In this document: piece after piece, positions 61,097 to 64,000 of the stretch
Position numbering within the stretch: position 1 is the stretch's first letter
Layout: every line of letters starts with the position of its first letter
From: Erwinia sp. Eh17-17
GTDB taxonomy: Bacteria > Pseudomonadota > Gammaproteobacteria > Enterobacterales > Enterobacteriaceae
Length of the DNA stretch: 64,000 nt
Direction: 5' to 3'
NCBI RefSeq assembly: GCF_039675725.1
Contig: NZ_JBDFQT010000004.1
Location: forward strand, 146,881-210,880
Position numbers and translations under genes: made by a program
The notes under the pieces: generated by a model
Databases searched by the model: none
What the model was told of the DNA's origin: nothing
What the model saw: only the letters and a program-made list of their open reading frames with translations

Positions 61097-61429
61097 TTAG
61101 TGATACTGGCGGTACTGAATACGGTAGTCACGCGGGGTCACATTGAAGTGTTTTTTAAACACCCGCTGAAAGCACTGCTGGGAAGAGAAACCAAGGTCCA
61201 TCGAAATAGTCATAATCGTTTTGGTCGAACTCACCAGGCACTGCGCCGCCTGATCGAGACGGCGGCTGCGGATAAACGTCGCCAGCGTGATGCCTTTCTG
61301 CTGCTTGAATGCGCGCTGCAGGTGCCACTTTGAGTAGCCCGATTTTGCCGCGACCGCTTCAATATTCAGGCCTTCTTCTAAATGATCGTCTATCCAGTCG
61401 ACGATCACGTCAACGATTTCATTTTTCAT
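61097..61429 (-). CDS. MarA/SoxS/RamA-type single-domain AraC-family regulator
   Basis: 110 aa. ...WIDDHLEEGLNIEAVAAKSGYSKWHLQRAFKQ... and ...ISMDLGFSSQQCFQRVFKKHFNVTPRDYR are the two HTH motifs of the MarA family. Confidence 0.85.
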   Translation of the reverse strand: MKNEIVDVIVDWIDDHLEEGLNIEAVAAKSGYSKWHLQRAFKQQKGITLATFIRSRRLDQAAQCLVSSTKTIMTISMDLGFSSQQCFQRVFKKHFNVTPRDYRIQYRQYH

Positions 61430-61633
61430 ATTTCACTCCGCGATGACGGGCGTCAGACGCCCACTCCTGCCTTGAAAATTCAGGGAAGTTGTTTATTGTT
61501 TTGATTTTATTGAATTAAATACGATATGAAAAAAAAGTGAGAACATATCAAAAAAACGTGGAAGGGATGGTATTAGAGCGCTTAAAATAGTTCAAATAGA
61601 TAATTTGAATCTTCGTTTATAGACAGAGACTAT

Positions 61634-62542
61634 ATGCCATCCAATATGGACCTCAACCTGGTCCGGGTTTTCATCGCGATCTATGAAACGCAGAGCGTCA
61701 GCGGGGCCGCTGCACGTCTGTTTATCACCCAGCCCTCGGCCAGCTACGCCCTGGCCCGGCTACGGGATACCACGGGCAACGAGCTGTTTAAACGCAGCCG
61801 CAAAGGAATGTTGCCCACCCCAACGGCCACGCAGCTCTACAGCGTGTTTAAGAAATCCCTGAGCGGCATTGAGAAGGCGGTGGCGGACACCCGCAGCTTC
61901 TCCCCGGACACATCCATTCACAAATTTCGTCTGGCACTCTCGGACCTCGGCGAACTGCTGCTGCTGCCCGGCCTGGTCCGTCACCTGCGCGCCGTCGCAC
62001 CTAACGTACAGCTGGAAGTGATCCCCGTTGAGATGCGCAAACTGGATGAATGGCTGCTGACCGGAAAAGTGGACGCCGCGCTGTGCAGCCGCAACGAGAG
62101 CATCTCGCTGGCCCAGCGTGACCGGATTATGGATGAGCGCTATGTCTGCCTGCTGAACGACCAGCATCCGCGCATTGGCGGGACGCTGACGCTCAGTGCC
62201 TACCTGGAAGAGCAGCACATTATTGTATCGACCATCAGCGGGCATTACATGGTGGAGGAGCGGATAAAAGAGTACGGCTTTGAGCGCCGCATCGCGCTGG
62301 AAGTACCGCACTTTGCGGCGCTGGGGGAGCTGATTGCCTCCAGCGAGCTGCTGGTCACCCTGCCCTCCAGCGCGGCGAAAATCTACGTTGCGCGCGGCAA
62401 CGGGCGGATTATCGAACTGCCGTTTAAGCTGCCGAACCTGGAGGTATACCTTTATGCCCACACGGAGATTGGCGATATCACCGCCAAAACCTGGTTCTAC
62501 AACACGCTGAAAGAGACCAGCCAGCGGCTGATGACGCGCTGA
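61634..62542 (+). CDS. LysR-family transcriptional regulator
   Basis: N-terminal HTH ...LNLVRVFIAIYETQSVSGAAARLFITQPSASYALARLRD... Confidence 0.85.
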   Translation: MPSNMDLNLVRVFIAIYETQSVSGAAARLFITQPSASYALARLRDTTGNELFKRSRKGMLPTPTATQLYSVFKKSLSGIEKAVADTRSFSPDTSIHKFRLALSDLGELLLLPGLVRHLRAVAPNVQLEVIPVEMRKLDEWLLTGKVDAALCSRNESISLAQRDRIMDERYVCLLNDQHPRIGGTLTLSAYLEEQHIIVSTISGHYMVEERIKEYGFERRIALEVPHFAALGELIASSELLVTLPSSAAKIYVARGNGRIIELPFKLPNLEVYLYAHTEIGDITAKTWFYNTLKETSQRLMTR

Positions 62543-63448
62543 TTACCCCTCGCGGCGCGGGCCACGGCTCCAGTAGGCCATAAAGCTGATGCACTCCGGC
62601 GACAGGCCGCGCTCGCCAATCAGATAGCGGCGCAGCTGCTTAACGGCGCTGGATTCCGCAGCCACCCAGCCGTGGAAGCGCCGATCTGCGCTGTCGGCGC
62701 GGTCCCAGAGAATATCCCCCTCGCTCTCTTCACGCAGTTCACCGCGTACCAGAGCGCTTTCCGGCAGCGTCACCCGCTGCTGCACCGCGCTCAGCAACGC
62801 TTCGCCGTGCGACGCGCCGCTTTCTTCACGCGGCAGCCAGTGAATGTCGGCAAAGCGGTAGTGGCTGAGATCAATGCAGTCGCCGCGTTTCGGCACTTCG
62901 AGGAACACCTGCAGCTGCGGTGGATGTTGCCAGCCTGCCAGCTGTTCGAGGATCGCCTTCGCCGCCGGAAGCGCCGTTTCGTCGGCGATCACCAGCGCCC
63001 GCTCAACGTCCGGGTGCGGGTCCCACTCGTAGCCGCCGCTGCTGGTCGGGCAGGCGGCATTCGGGGCCACCATTTGCAGTGCCGCGCCCGGCTCCGCACT
63101 CAGCGCCCAGGCAGAGGCCGGGCCTTCGGTGCCGTGCATCACGAACTCCACTTCGACCTCGGCGGCCCCGGCATTGACGTGACGCAGGGTGTAGGTGCGC
63201 GCGATGGGACGGATTTCCTGCGGCATCGCCCGCGCTTTTTCCCACCAGGTTTTTTCACCGTCGTTGGTCAGCGTTGACGGGGTGCCGTTGAGCGACGGGA
63301 ACAGCAGTTTGATGCGCTGGTCCGGTGCGTCCATCTTCATCTGGCGAATGTCATCACCGCTGAACACGCAGCACAGCATCGAAGGTGAAAGCACCTTCTT
63401 ACGTGCCAGCACCACATTAAATAAGCGATAACCCTGAACATCCGCCAT
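62543..63448 (-). CDS. Siderophore-interacting protein (ViuB/YqjH-like FAD-binding ferric-siderophore reductase)
   Basis: The start was chosen at MADVQGYRLFNVVLARKKVLSP. It has an FAD-binding-9/SIP domain architecture of about 300 aa. Confidence 0.7.
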   Translation of the reverse strand: MADVQGYRLFNVVLARKKVLSPSMLCCVFSGDDIRQMKMDAPDQRIKLLFPSLNGTPSTLTNDGEKTWWEKARAMPQEIRPIARTYTLRHVNAGAAEVEVEFVMHGTEGPASAWALSAEPGAALQMVAPNAACPTSSGGYEWDPHPDVERALVIADETALPAAKAILEQLAGWQHPPQLQVFLEVPKRGDCIDLSHYRFADIHWLPREESGASHGEALLSAVQQRVTLPESALVRGELREESEGDILWDRADSADRRFHGWVAAESSAVKQLRRYLIGERGLSPECISFMAYWSRGPRREG

Positions 63449-63641
63449 AAATCCGCCTTGTAAACCGGTAAGCCGCGCCCGTGTGATAACGCGTATAAGG
63501 GCGGCAAGAATAGCAAAGCTAAATGATAATGAGAATGAGTATGAGGCTTCTTTACATGCTAAGCGCAGGAATAACGGATTGATCCCGGCGCGAAAAGCAG
63601 TCAACGTAGCGTTTTCCCTGTGGTAAATACGGAGCACGCCG

Positions 63642-64000
63642 ATGTCCCTGATGGTCCTGACCCAGCTGGCCGAGATACCTGCCAGCCAGTGGGATGCCCT
63701 GGCCCCCAACGATCAGCCTTTTATGCGCCATGCCTTTCTCTCTGCGCTGGAGGAGAGCGGTGCGGTCAGTCGTCACAGCGGCTGGCTGCCGCAGCATCTG
63801 CTGTGGGTGGAAAACGGCGTGCCACGGGCGGCGATGCCGGGCTACGCGAAGACCCACTCCATGGGGGAATACGTGTTTGACCACGCCTGGGCCGAGGCCA
63901 GCGAGCGGGCGGGGATCCCCTACTATCCGAAATGGCTGTCGGCAGTGCCTTTCAGCCCGGTCAGTGGCGCAAGGGTGCTGGGCGATGAGCAGGCGGCCAC
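63642..64000 (+). CDS. Predicted N-acyltransferase (GNAT-related/FemAB-like, COG3146-type), 5' part; runs off the window
   Basis: GGAG RBS before the ATG. MSLMVLTQLAEIPASQWDALAPNDQPFMRHAFLSALEESGAVSRHSGW... matches the N-terminus of this family from memory. Confidence 0.5.
   Translation, partial: MSLMVLTQLAEIPASQWDALAPNDQPFMRHAFLSALEESGAVSRHSGWLPQHLLWVENGVPRAAMPGYAKTHSMGEYVFDHAWAEASERAGIPYYPKWLSAVPFSPVSGARVLGDEQAA

Noticed and set aside
62672-63277. 201-aa plus-strand ORF
   Set aside because: Antisense to the siderophore-interacting protein gene.

Overview
This 64 kb window looks like a chromosomal segment from an Enterobacterales genome, probably Erwiniaceae (Pantoea-like); GC is about 55%. 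It follows the E. coli backbone yhiN-pitA-uspB-uspA-rsmJ-prlC-rlmJ-gor, but that backbone is interrupted by several lineage-specific insertions. All coordinates, repeat alignments and promoter-motif matches below were read by eye from the raw sequence without alignment or folding tools, so alignments, copy counts and exact boundaries are approximate.

Reading left to right:
- A truncated LacI-family regulator lies divergent from a three-subunit membrane-bound flavoprotein/cytochrome c dehydrogenase operon (gluconate 2-dehydrogenase type).
- Next is a TonB-dependent siderophore receptor with Fur-box-like upstream sequence.
- A nine-gene Pap-like chaperone-usher fimbrial operon follows. Its tip-adhesin/minor-pilin cassette has been tandemly duplicated, leaving a decayed pilin remnant.
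- A ~1 kb ORF-free regulatory region and a divergent AdrA-like diguanylate cyclase come next.
- The yhiN-pitA-uspBA-rsmJ-prlC-rlmJ core follows, with an extra CPBP protease gene; dtpB, which is present in E. coli, is missing.
- The most interesting part is a ~6 kb insertion between rlmJ and gor. It carries an RNA-repair module: the RNase BN/Z gene rbn overlapping rtcR (CARF plus sigma-54 activator). Divergent from rtcR is an operon of a soluble SPFH/band-7 protein, the RtcB RNA ligase and an RlaP-type nucleotidyltransferase. There is no rtcA.
- That operon is driven by a good sigma-54 promoter through a ~350 nt structured leader containing a tRNA-like acceptor/T-arm minihelix.
- The insertion is bounded on one side by a ~850 bp array of related tandem repeats (52-bp and ~20-bp units with hairpin ends). 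A sister array of the same motif family lies between uspA and rsmJ.

Downstream of gor are:
- a second 4-gene chaperone-usher operon;
- a LacI-like ligand-binding protein that lacks the HTH;
- two secreted hypotheticals;
- an amidohydrolase plus ABM-membrane pair;
- two near-identical ~735 bp direct repeats (YcaC-like isochorismatase genes) bracketing a LysR/PecS-PecM-like/MFS efflux module;
- a sigma-54 (GAF-PAS activator) controlled sugar or inositol-type catabolic locus;
- TerC, yqhA, a MarA/SoxS-like regulator co-transcribed with a tiny secreted protein;
- a LysR regulator, a siderophore-interacting protein and a partial acyltransferase.

Many long ORFs antisense to GC-rich genes are judged spurious.
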